Shown here one piece after another: positions 1-8,968 of a stretch of DNA of 64,000 nucleotides. Under the pieces are notes generated by a model. The model searched no databases and was not told the origin of the DNA. It saw nothing but the letters and a program-made list of their open reading frames with translations. This stretch comes from an uncultured virus (IMG/VR IMGVR_UViG_3300042546_000459) (lineage: Duplodnaviria; Heunggongvirae; Uroviricota; Caudoviricetes). Each line of letters starts with the position of its first letter. The stretch's first letter is position 1. Where the stretch lies: IMG/VR virus record IMGVR_UViG_3300042546_000459. The stretch is one strand, 5' to 3'. The translations under genes and the position numbers were made by a program.

Positions 1-41
1 TAAGGAATGTTAAGATAAATATGAGAAATACATAGGAGGTT

Positions 42-1103
42 ATGACTTCTTCAACACTTTCACAACCAATTTCACAAAGAGGATGGTTCGATGTCCTGGA
101 TGACTGGCTTAAACGAGATCGCTTTGTCTTTGTGGGTTGGTCTGGATTACTTCTTTTTCCCACTGCTTATTTGGCCCTTGGTGGCTGGCTTACTGGCACA
201 ACGTTTGTTACCAGTTGGTACACCCACGGGTTGGCGTCTTCTTATCTTGAAGGTGCTAATTTCCTCACGGCAGCTGTGTCTACGCCTGCAGATGCTATGG
301 GTCATTCTCTTCTTCTACTTTGGGGTCCTGAATCTCAAGGAGATATTGTCAGGTGGTTCCAACTTGGGGGACTCTGGCCTTTTGTGGCACTACACGGGGC
401 TTTCGCTCTAATTGGATTTATGCTTCGCCAGTTTGAGATTGCCCGTCTGGTTGGCATCCGTCCTTATAACGCAATCGCATTCTCTGGTCCTATCGCTGTA
501 TTCGTCAGCGTCTTCCTGATGTATCCTCTGGGTCAATCCAGTTGGTTCTTTGCTCCATCGTTTGGTGTGGCAGCAATCTTCAGATTTCTTCTATTTCTTC
601 AAGGTTTCCACAACTGGACTCTTAATCCTTTCCATATGATGGGAGTTGCTGGTATACTGGGAGGTGCTCTACTCTGTGCTATTCATGGTGCAACAGTTGA
701 AAACACCCTCTATGAAGACGGTGAACAATCAAATACCTTCAAGGCATTTGAACCCACCCAAGAAGAAGAAACCTATTCTATGGTTACAGCGAATAGGTAC
801 TGGTCTCAAATTTTTGGAATCGCTTTTAGTAATAAGCGTTGGCTCCATTTCTTTATGTTGTTTGTACCTGTTATGGGTCTCTGGACATCTAGTATTGGAA
901 TTATTGGGCTCGCTCTTAACCTTCGAGCATACGATTTCGTCTCGCAGGAAATTCGTGCAGCAGAAGATCCAGAATTTGAAACGTTCTACACGAAAAATAT
1001 CCTTCTAAACGAAGGTCTTCGTGCTTGGATGGCTCCAGTAGATCAGATTCATGAGAATTTTGTCTTTCCAGATGAGGTTCTCCCGAGGGGCAACGCACTT
1101 TGA
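42..1103 (+). CDS. psbD: Photosystem II D2 protein (phage-encoded)
   Basis: 353 aa with unmistakable D2 sequence ([16 protein letters not shown]...EVLPRGNAL); AGGAGG RBS upstream. Confidence 0.99.
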   Translation: MTSSTLSQPISQRGWFDVLDDWLKRDRFVFVGWSGLLLFPTAYLALGGWLTGTTFVTSWYTHGLASSYLEGANFLTAAVSTPADAMGHSLLLLWGPESQGDIVRWFQLGGLWPFVALHGAFALIGFMLRQFEIARLVGIRPYNAIAFSGPIAVFVSVFLMYPLGQSSWFFAPSFGVAAIFRFLLFLQGFHNWTLNPFHMMGVAGILGGALLCAIHGATVENTLYEDGEQSNTFKAFEPTQEEETYSMVTANRYWSQIFGIAFSNKRWLHFFMLFVPVMGLWTSSIGIIGLALNLRAYDFVSQEIRAAEDPEFETFYTKNILLNEGLRAWMAPVDQIHENFVFPDEVLPRGNAL

Positions 1104-1109
1104 TTTTAT

Positions 1110-1131
1110 AAGACCCTTCGGGGTCTTTTTT
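1110..1131 (+). terminator. Rho-independent terminator after psbD
   Basis: AAGACCC-TTCG-GGGTCTT hairpin followed by a T run. Confidence 0.9.
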
Positions 1132-1208
1132 ATTATGTCTTTAATTCATAACAAAATTTAATATCTTATCAAGAACCCGTTATAATTATAATGAGTTCTT
1201 ATTTTTAT

Positions 1209-1868
1209 ATGAAGATCTTTTTAGATACCGCAGATGTTTCAATGATTAGTCCAGCATATGAGACTGGACTATTGGATGGAGTTACTACAAATCCCACTTT
1301 GATTCTTAAAAGTGGTAGACAACTTCAAGAAGTTATTAACGAAATTTCGGATATATTTCCAAATTTAGACAGCATTTCTGCTGAGGTAGTTGCAGACACT
1401 GCTGACGAAATGATTTCGCAAGCACAACAATATTACACAATCGCTCCTGCTGTTACAATCAAAGTCCCTTGTACTGTAGAAGGACTTAAAGTTTGCAAGT
1501 TTCTTTCCGATAAAGGAATTCAAGTTAATGTAACACTTGTGTTCTCAGTGGCACAAGCAATTCTTGCATCAAAGGCAGGAGCAACATTCATCTCCCCATT
1601 CGTTGGACGTTGGATGGATAATTCAATTGATGGAATTGAACTTATCAAAAACATCCGTAAGGCATTTGATTACTCAGGAACATCTACACAAATTCTTGCA
1701 GCATCTCTTCGTGACGTAAGACAGGTAGAACAATCTGCTCTTAATGGTGCAGATGTAGTTACAATTCCTCCCATTGTATTCTGGGCAATGTATAAGAACA
1801 TTATGACTGATAAGGGTTTGGAACTCTTCCAGAAAGATTGGGACTCTGTTTTAGATAATAAAAAATGA
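1209..1868 (+). CDS. talC: Transaldolase (TalC/FSA family)
   Basis: MKIFLDTAD, GVTTNPTLI, IKVP catalytic Lys, ISPFVGR; start placed at the second Met. Confidence 0.97.
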   Translation: MKIFLDTADVSMISPAYETGLLDGVTTNPTLILKSGRQLQEVINEISDIFPNLDSISAEVVADTADEMISQAQQYYTIAPAVTIKVPCTVEGLKVCKFLSDKGIQVNVTLVFSVAQAILASKAGATFISPFVGRWMDNSIDGIELIKNIRKAFDYSGTSTQILAASLRDVRQVEQSALNGADVVTIPPIVFWAMYKNIMTDKGLELFQKDWDSVLDNKK

Positions 1869-3196
1869 AATCAATAGTAATATTTGGGGCAACTGGTGAC
1901 CTTTGTAAAAGGAAACTCATACCAGCACTTTATTCTCTTCACAAGAAAAATCTTTTACCAAAAGGATTTAAAATTATTGGTGCTTCTAGAACTAAACATA
2001 GTAAGGAGAGTTGGGTTGAGATTTTAGGACACTATTCTCAAGAGTTTATTAAACGACTTGATTATGTTCCTTGTGACTTAAGCGATTTAGAATCTTTAAA
2101 ACTGATAGATTCTTGCGATGACACCACTTATTTTCTATCAGTTCCTCCAGAAAGATATGTTGATGCAATTACTAATCTAAAAGAGGCAGGTAAATTAGAT
2201 GACGCAGAAAAATCTAGAGTCATTATTGAGAAACCTTTTGGCACCGATATTCAATCTGCTAATCATTTACAATCTGTGGTGGCTGGATATTTACGCGAGA
2301 AACAAGTATATCGCATTGACCATTATCTGGGTAAAGATACTGTTAATAATATTCTTGCCACCCGCTTTAGCAATATTTTACTTGAACCACTTTGGAACAG
2401 GAACTTTATAGAAGAAGTTCAGATCTTTGCAACTGAAACGATTGGTTGTGAAGGTCGTGCCCAGTATTATGATACTGCTGGTGCCGTAAGAGATATGCTT
2501 CAAAACCATATGCTTCAGGTGCTTGCATTAATTGCAATGGAACCTCCTTGTAAAAATGATGCTAAAGAAATTCGCAGAGAGAAGGTTAAGGTTCTTGCTG
2601 CAACTAGACTTGGTGATAATGTAGTTCTTGGACAATATGATGAATATAAAAATGAGGAAGGAGTAACTCAAGGTTCTCAAACTCCAACTTTTGTTGCTGG
2701 TGATCTTTATATTGATAACTGGAGATGGAAAGGAGTTCCATTTCACTTTATGACAGGTAAAAAAATGCCCGTGAATTGTGTTGAGGTTGTGATTAAATTT
2801 AAATCTCCACCACAACAATTATTTGATGGGCACGAATGCAACGATAGAATTGTAATGAGATTACAACCAGATCCACATTTGGATATGCGTATTGACATCA
2901 AATCTCCTGGACTAAATGATAATGTAGAATCAGCAATTCTTCAGTATCATTATCCAGTAGAAAAAGCAATTGATGGTTATGTAAAACTTTTTTATGATGC
3001 AATAAATGAAGATCAGTCACACTTTGTTCATGCTGATGAGGTATTAGAATCTTGGAGAATTGTTGATGATCTTTTATGTACTGGAGATCATTGTCGCATT
3101 ATGACAATGCCATATCTTTATAATGAAGGTGTTTGGGGACCTTGGCAAAAAACAGAACTTATTACTAAGTGGGATTATCCACTCAAATTAAAATAG
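1865..3196 (+). CDS. zwf: Glucose-6-phosphate dehydrogenase
   Basis: IFGATGDL, EKPFG, RIDHYLGK, RDMLQNH motifs. Confidence 0.98.
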   Translation: MKSIVIFGATGDLCKRKLIPALYSLHKKNLLPKGFKIIGASRTKHSKESWVEILGHYSQEFIKRLDYVPCDLSDLESLKLIDSCDDTTYFLSVPPERYVDAITNLKEAGKLDDAEKSRVIIEKPFGTDIQSANHLQSVVAGYLREKQVYRIDHYLGKDTVNNILATRFSNILLEPLWNRNFIEEVQIFATETIGCEGRAQYYDTAGAVRDMLQNHMLQVLALIAMEPPCKNDAKEIRREKVKVLAATRLGDNVVLGQYDEYKNEEGVTQGSQTPTFVAGDLYIDNWRWKGVPFHFMTGKKMPVNCVEVVIKFKSPPQQLFDGHECNDRIVMRLQPDPHLDMRIDIKSPGLNDNVESAILQYHYPVEKAIDGYVKLFYDAINEDQSHFVHADEVLESWRIVDDLLCTGDHCRIMTMPYLYNEGVWGPWQKTELITKWDYPLKLK

Positions 3197-3205
3197 GAGT
3201 AAAAA

Positions 3206-4231
3206 ATGAAAGTAGGAATGATTGGATTAGGGAGAATGGGTGAAGGAATGTCTCGTCGTATGATGAAGGCAGGAATAGAAGTCTGGGGTTATCGTAGAAA
3301 TTATGAAAAAGCACAGGAAGCATATGAGAAAGGATATGTGAATGGAGTTGCAACTACTATTGAAAATCTTGTTAAAGTAGTAAAAAAGGATGGGCAACAA
3401 CCAGGCATTTTTCAAATGGTTGTGCCAGCAGAAACAGTAGAGGAAACGATTAATGAGTTACTACGATATTGTGGTGAGGGAGATATTATTATTGATCATG
3501 GCAATAGCAATTTTAAGGACAGTCGGAAGAGAGCAGAACGCTTGGCAAAACTTGGTATCCAATATATTGATTGTGGCACTAGCGGTGGTGTTTATGGTCT
3601 GGATCGTGGATACTGTCTTATGGTTGGTGGCGGAGATACTGCGGTCTCCACTTGTTCAAGCATTTTTAATGCCCTCTCCCCAGGAATTGACGCTGCCCCC
3701 AGGACTCAATTTGACTCAGACATAACTTCTGCTGAATACGGTTGGTTGCATTGTGGTGGTCCAGGTGCTGGACACTTTGTGAAGATGGTTCATAATGGTA
3801 TTGAGTATGGCATTATGCAGGCATATGCAGAAGGATTCAACATCATTAAGAACGCCAATTCAGGTGCTCAGTATGTTAGAGAAGGTGATGCGGAAGTTGC
3901 CCCAATGGCAGATCCAGAATCCTATTGCTATGATATTGATGTTGCTGAGGTTGCTGAGTTATGGCGTCGTGGTAGCGTGGTTGGGTCTTGGTTACTTGAC
4001 CTTACTGCTGATGTGCTACGCAGGGATGGTAGCCTTAAACAGTTCTCTGGAGGTGTATCCGACAGCGGTGAGGGTCGTTGGACTGTTTCTACCGCTGTGG
4101 ATCTGGGGGTTCCCGCTCCTGTTATTACTACTGCCCTTTTTGAAAGATTTAACTCACGCAATCTCGGATCGTTCGGAGCAAAAATCTTGAACGGAATGCG
4201 GTATATGTTTGGAGGACACCACGTTAGGTAA
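3206..4231 (+). CDS. gnd: 6-phosphogluconate dehydrogenase (short form)
   Basis: GLGRMG, DCGTSGG, GHFVKMVHNGIEY, SGEGRW, FGGH motifs. Confidence 0.98.
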   Translation: MKVGMIGLGRMGEGMSRRMMKAGIEVWGYRRNYEKAQEAYEKGYVNGVATTIENLVKVVKKDGQQPGIFQMVVPAETVEETINELLRYCGEGDIIIDHGNSNFKDSRKRAERLAKLGIQYIDCGTSGGVYGLDRGYCLMVGGGDTAVSTCSSIFNALSPGIDAAPRTQFDSDITSAEYGWLHCGGPGAGHFVKMVHNGIEYGIMQAYAEGFNIIKNANSGAQYVREGDAEVAPMADPESYCYDIDVAEVAELWRRGSVVGSWLLDLTADVLRRDGSLKQFSGGVSDSGEGRWTVSTAVDLGVPAPVITTALFERFNSRNLGSFGAKILNGMRYMFGGHHVR

Positions 4232-4295
4232 ATCGTTATCGATAACAAGTGCTTGTAACAAATTTAAAATAAATATTCATAAGTTGCAAGCACTT

Positions 4296-4667
4296 ATGAG
4301 ACCTCTCCAATCGCCTCAAGAATACTTGTTCAATCTTCAAACAACAAGTCAATCTGAAGCAAAACGATTATGGAGAAAAGAAATAAAAGAAAGTTGGAAT
4401 CATAAATGTGCTTATTGTGGTTCAGAAGAAGATTTAACTCTTGACCATGTTATTCCACAATCAAAAGGTGGATTAGATATTACAAGAAATGTAGTATGTT
4501 GCTGCAAGTCTTGCAATCAATCCAAAGGACATGACCACTGGAAATTGTGGTATGTTCAGCAAGATTTTTATTGTGAAGAAAAATTTGATATAATAGAGGA
4601 GTGGATGAAACCACCTAAACCAACGAATCTTTATTCTTATCGTCCAAGGAAAAATAATGCATCATGA
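4296..4667 (+). CDS. HNH endonuclease, free-standing
   Basis: CAYCG...LTLDHVIPQSKGG...NVVCCCKSCNQSKG; start moved to MRPLQSP. Confidence 0.88.
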   Translation: MRPLQSPQEYLFNLQTTSQSEAKRLWRKEIKESWNHKCAYCGSEEDLTLDHVIPQSKGGLDITRNVVCCCKSCNQSKGHDHWKLWYVQQDFYCEEKFDIIEEWMKPPKPTNLYSYRPRKNNAS

Positions 4668-4777
4668 TTAATTCAACAACTCCATATAAACTTGCTGAAA
4701 TTATTAGAGATACATGGCCAAATTTGTATCGACCACCTAAAAATTTTAATCCACCTTCAATAAAAAAATCTAAATAA
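4664..4777 (+). CDS. Small hypothetical protein, 37 aa (MINSTTPYKLAEIIRDTWPNLYRPPK...)
   Basis: Read manually; ATGA overlap with the HNH stop; below the ORF-track cutoff. Confidence 0.55.
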   Translation: MINSTTPYKLAEIIRDTWPNLYRPPKNFNPPSIKKSK

Positions 4778-4799
4778 GAAAAATATTGTAATTTTTAAA

Positions 4800-5636
4800 A
4801 TGGATACATCAATAGAAACCTTGATTAATAAATTAGAATCTATAGAAAAAAGATTAGATAATATAGAAAAAGAAGTATTTTTAGACTATGATAAACCAAA
4901 GTGGGTTTTGAATGATAATCTTCCATATCCATTTTACCCACAAAAGGTAGAAAAAAATACCAAGATTGTTAGAGTAAAGGATAATTATTTTTATACTGCA
5001 TACAATCTTTTTGATAAAGTGACTATCAATAGTATGCGTGAAGATTGTGATAGACAATTTAATAAGACAAATCAGACTCCATTAAGAGGAAAACAAAATA
5101 GTGGGTGTATCATAGACTGTCACGGGCATCATTTGTCTAATAGTCCAGAATATCCATATAAAGAAAATTGCTGGAATACATTTTGTATGGCAGCAAAAAA
5201 ACATGTAGTTAATTATTGTATTCATGCTGGAATTGATCCAGAAAAAATAATTCCGCATTCTTGCTGGTCTTCTAGAATGGTAGATTATGAAGATCCAAAT
5301 AATTACCTAACTTTAGAATGGAATCACAGTACAGATAATGTAATTAGTAAACATCTAATTGGTATTATATACTATTTGTCAAATCCAGATCCAAAATATG
5401 GAACTTATGTTTCTATAGAAAAACCAAAAATAAAAGGATTATTTAATTCTAAAAATACTTATTATAATGAAGGTATTGAAAATTCATTTTTTATTTTTGA
5501 TGCTGGTAAGTCATATCATTCTGATATGATTCCCAAACTAGAGGATTTGAGAAAAAAACCAAAATATGTTATTAGATTTGATTGGTATATAAATTTTCCA
5601 TACAATAAACCCTCTTGGGAACTACCAAAAGTATAA
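4800..5636 (+). CDS. Hypothetical protein, 2OG-Fe(II) oxygenase-like C-terminus
   Basis: N-terminal coiled coil; WNH...IIYYL...FIFD...YH...VIRFDW pattern like phage 2OG oxygenases. Confidence 0.5.
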   Translation: MDTSIETLINKLESIEKRLDNIEKEVFLDYDKPKWVLNDNLPYPFYPQKVEKNTKIVRVKDNYFYTAYNLFDKVTINSMREDCDRQFNKTNQTPLRGKQNSGCIIDCHGHHLSNSPEYPYKENCWNTFCMAAKKHVVNYCIHAGIDPEKIIPHSCWSSRMVDYEDPNNYLTLEWNHSTDNVISKHLIGIIYYLSNPDPKYGTYVSIEKPKIKGLFNSKNTYYNEGIENSFFIFDAGKSYHSDMIPKLEDLRKKPKYVIRFDWYINFPYNKPSWELPKV

Positions 5637-5640
5637 AAAA

Positions 5641-6255
5641 TTAATATCCTAAAATTTCATAATCTTCAAAATAGTAATTCTTAATTAAGGATTCTATTTT
5701 TTTATTTTCTTTTATTTTATTTTCTTTTAATTCTGCTGGATCTCCATAATAGGAATACTCTTTTATTTCTACATTATCATTAAAGTTTTCATTAAACCAT
5801 GTAATAAAATTTTTAGTCAATCCATCTTCAAACTTATAGACTAAGGTTTTATCACTTAAAAATTCATTTTGTGGTCTCATCCAGTTTGAATTATATCTTT
5901 TAGTAATTGCGTGGTATTCAATGAAATGTTTTAACCCTTCTTCAGTTTCCAATGAAGAAATTACTTGGTCTTCCATATCAGAGTACCATTCATTAATCAT
6001 ACAGTGTGCTGAAGAAGCAAATCTGGTAAATGGATCTCTAACAATTGCAAACTGTTTAGAATTCTCAACGTCTTCTAGCATTTCATATAATGGATAATGT
6101 AAATGCATTATACTGATGCCATAAATTGATTGCTCATAATCAGTGTGATAAAGATCATACCCATTATTAGACAAAACTTCTTTAATATACCTACCACCAG
6201 TTCTGGGAATGTGAATATGAAAAGCTTTAATATCTTCTTTTACGAATAACGTCAT
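5641..6255 (-). CDS. Sulfotransferase family protein
   Basis: HIHIPRTGG PAPS loop, VRDPFTRFAS, RPQ, YYFEDYEILGY C-terminus. Confidence 0.8.
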   Translation of the reverse strand: MTLFVKEDIKAFHIHIPRTGGRYIKEVLSNNGYDLYHTDYEQSIYGISIMHLHYPLYEMLEDVENSKQFAIVRDPFTRFASSAHCMINEWYSDMEDQVISSLETEEGLKHFIEYHAITKRYNSNWMRPQNEFLSDKTLVYKFEDGLTKNFITWFNENFNDNVEIKEYSYYGDPAELKENKIKENKKIESLIKNYYFEDYEILGY

Positions 6256-6299
6256 TTTTATTTTTACCGCTCATCCTATTATACCGTATATATCGAAAT

Positions 6300-6328
6300 T
6301 TGACACCACCCCAAAATATCGATAAAAT
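6300..6328 (+). promoter_or_regulatory. Sigma70-type promoter
   Basis: TTGACA-N17-TAAAAT in an intergenic region. Confidence 0.6.
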
Positions 6329-6368
6329 ACCTTTGTTGGGTTTGAATAAATATAGCTCTTTATAATAC

Positions 6369-6376
6369 TATAAATA
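6369..6376 (+). promoter_or_regulatory. T4-type late promoter
   Basis: TATAAATA about 25 nt upstream of the 6401 structural gene. Confidence 0.75.
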
Positions 6377-6400
6377 TTTGAAACCCTCAGAAGAAGTGTA

Positions 6401-6736
6401 ATGGCAGCAATACCCTTAAATCTTACTATTGAACAGGGTGCAGATTTCCAAATAAATTTAACTGTTAGAAATAAAGATGGTACTCCATTGAATCTGTTGG
6501 GATATACTGCTTCGAGTAATTTAAGAAAGCATCATACATCAACAACTACATATCCTTTTATTCTTACTTTTGTTGATAGAATTAATGGAAGAATATCTTT
6601 AGAAATGTCAGATGCTGTAACGGCAACTTTGACTGAGGGGAGATATGTATATGATATTTTTATTGAATCATCTAATGGTAAAAAGACAAAAGTAGTTTAT
6701 GGAATGGCATTAGTGTCTCCAGGAGTTAGCTTCTAA
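6401..6736 (+). CDS. Putative virion structural protein (beta-sandwich)
   Basis: NLTIEQGADF, GRYVYDI motifs typical of cyanophage tail/baseplate accessory proteins; late promoter upstream. Confidence 0.6.
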   Translation: MAAIPLNLTIEQGADFQINLTVRNKDGTPLNLLGYTASSNLRKHHTSTTTYPFILTFVDRINGRISLEMSDAVTATLTEGRYVYDIFIESSNGKKTKVVYGMALVSPGVSF

Positions 6737-7446
6737 TGTCTGATTTTATAGTAACAGTTGATGATGGTTTATATGATGTTACGATTGATCCAGGATTACA
6801 ACGATATAATCTTGGAGTCAATTATGAGATACCATCAAAATCAACACAATATAGTAATTTACTTTTAGATAATATATCATCATCTTTTAATGGAACTTCT
6901 CAAACATTTCCATTAACTGTCAATGGTGAACCATATTTTCCTTTAAATGAACAACAGTTAATAATTTCTGTTAACGATGTTGTTTTAAATCCTGGTGTAG
7001 ATTATCAAATATCTGGAAGTAATATCCATTTCACAATACCTCCATCTAATGGAGATGTATTTTTTGGGGTTGCGATGGCAACCACTGCAGATCTTACAAG
7101 GACTATTAATTTTGTTCTTGATAGTGGGTCTGAAGATATATCACCAGGGTCTAAAGGACAACTTGGTATTGATGTAACTGGAAGAATAGAATCCTGGGTT
7201 TTAGTTTCTGAGGATGTTGGATCAATAGTCATTGATATTCAAAAGGATAGATATGACACATTCCCAGATAACCTTACATCTATTGTTGGAACTGAATACC
7301 CAAGATTAAGTAATCAACTTAAAAATAGAGATGAAGATCTTACAACTTGGAGCACAATTATTACTGCTGGGGACATTTTAGACTTCAGTGTAATATCTTG
7401 TTCTGGAATTAAAAAGTGTTCTTTATTCCTTAGACTTTTACTTTGA
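6736..7446 (+). CDS. Putative virion structural protein
   Basis: DNISSSFNG..FPLT, ISVNDVVLNPGVDY module seen in cyanophage baseplate/fibre proteins. Confidence 0.55.
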   Translation: MSDFIVTVDDGLYDVTIDPGLQRYNLGVNYEIPSKSTQYSNLLLDNISSSFNGTSQTFPLTVNGEPYFPLNEQQLIISVNDVVLNPGVDYQISGSNIHFTIPPSNGDVFFGVAMATTADLTRTINFVLDSGSEDISPGSKGQLGIDVTGRIESWVLVSEDVGSIVIDIQKDRYDTFPDNLTSIVGTEYPRLSNQLKNRDEDLTTWSTIITAGDILDFSVISCSGIKKCSLFLRLLL

Positions 7447-7463
7447 TACAATTATTAAAATCT

Positions 7464-7471
7464 TATAAATA
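7464..7471 (+). promoter_or_regulatory. T4-type late promoter
   Basis: TATAAATA upstream of 7508. Confidence 0.75.
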
Positions 7472-7507
7472 AAAACATAACGGACAACTGTAACGGAGAC
7501 CTTTCAA

Positions 7508-8887
7508 ATGGCTTTATTAGTATCAGACAGTGGTGAATTACAGTCATTGAGATATCTGGTAAATAGCAATCGCAATATTCCAAGAAATTTAATTCTGAAG
7601 CTTTTTACTAGCAACACCACTCCAGCTGAGAGTGATGTTCCAACTCAATTGAAGTATTATGAACCATATGACGCATCTGGATCTGTTGGTTATGGAACCG
7701 CAGCAAGCACTGGATATCCTTTAGTAATTAATAATAGAAACGACGAAGATTATTCAAGACAATACGGTATTCTTCTGAATGGTAGTCAGTGGAATGTAAG
7801 AACAATTGTTACCCCAATTGCAACTCCAACTGGAAGTGGTAACATCAACGAATATACCATTACCGTATCTTCAACAACCAATATTGCTGTTGGTCATTAT
7901 GTATCTGGTGGTGGTGTAGGTTCTAATGCAACTGTTGCTGCAATTGACGGTAACGTAATTGTCCTTACTGTTAAGAACGCATCTACATTCAGCAACCAAG
8001 CACTAGAGTTTGGTAGAGGAACAACAACTGCTTCTTATGCTGAGCAGACCTTTACCTTTACTTCTGCTGCTAATAACTGCTATGGTTACTACCTAGTTAG
8101 AGCAAACAACATGCCTGTTGCTCTAAATGGTGTTCTTCACGCTGCTTCAGTAGGTATCGGTTCAACAATTTCTAAGGCACAGACTAGTGGAACCATCGGA
8201 CAGTCATTTGTAACTCTATTCCCATTCAAGTCTGAACCAACTGCAACTGGTATTGGATCTGAATTTACAATCACAGTATCTACAAATGCAGGTATTACCA
8301 CTAACCAAAGAGTTATTGGTGTAGGTATTGCTTCTGGTGCAACAGTTGTTGGTATCATGAATACCACTACTATTGTTCTTAGTAAGAAAAATACAGGATC
8401 TGTAAGCGGTGTTACAACATTCTTTAGAAATGTTACTGAAGATCTCTGTGTAGGTATGGGTGTTACCCATGGATTCCTTGCTGGAGAAACTGACGCTATT
8501 CCTGCTGGAACTGTTGTCACTGGTATTGATGAAAAAACTGGTATTGTATATCTGAGTAATGAACTCGATAACAACATTCAGTCTGCGACTGGTAACATCG
8601 TTTACTTTAACTTCAGTCAAGTTACTGCTACTGATCACGGATTAGTTCCTGGTGATGTAATTTATATTGCTGCTGGTGCTGCAAACACAACTACAACATC
8701 CGCAACTTATACAATCTTTGAGACTCCAAATACTAATACCTTTAGAACTGTTCCTGCCCTATCTGGTATTGGAAGTGCTACTCTTTATAGCAGCATCTTC
8801 TTCGCAGAAAGATTCACAAACGGTCCTTACAACATTCAGAACAACGGTGACCAAATCAAGGTTACTCTGAATATCAGCCTCGACTGA
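7508..8887 (+). CDS. Virion structural protein
   Basis: 459 aa, Thr/Gly-rich; own late promoter and terminator; C-terminal AERF..GPY.IQNNGDQIKVT. Confidence 0.6.
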   Translation: MALLVSDSGELQSLRYLVNSNRNIPRNLILKLFTSNTTPAESDVPTQLKYYEPYDASGSVGYGTAASTGYPLVINNRNDEDYSRQYGILLNGSQWNVRTIVTPIATPTGSGNINEYTITVSSTTNIAVGHYVSGGGVGSNATVAAIDGNVIVLTVKNASTFSNQALEFGRGTTTASYAEQTFTFTSAANNCYGYYLVRANNMPVALNGVLHAASVGIGSTISKAQTSGTIGQSFVTLFPFKSEPTATGIGSEFTITVSTNAGITTNQRVIGVGIASGATVVGIMNTTTIVLSKKNTGSVSGVTTFFRNVTEDLCVGMGVTHGFLAGETDAIPAGTVVTGIDEKTGIVYLSNELDNNIQSATGNIVYFNFSQVTATDHGLVPGDVIYIAAGAANTTTTSATYTIFETPNTNTFRTVPALSGIGSATLYSSIFFAERFTNGPYNIQNNGDQIKVTLNISLD

Positions 8888-8913
8888 TTTACACTGCTTG
8901 ATATCTTTGTTAT

Positions 8914-8948
8914 GGGGGGATTGCCAAAGCGATCCCTCCTATTTTTTT
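8914..8948 (+). terminator. Rho-independent terminator
   Basis: GGGGGATTGC-CAAA-GCGATCCCTC hairpin followed by A and a T run. Confidence 0.75.
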
Positions 8949-8968
8949 ATCGGAGATAAGGGAATACT

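Noticed and set aside
1135..1190. Possible Pho-box or HLR1 (RpaB) site upstream of talC
   Set aside because: Only degenerate AT-rich matches with wrong spacing; TATAAT at 1181 is the only clear element
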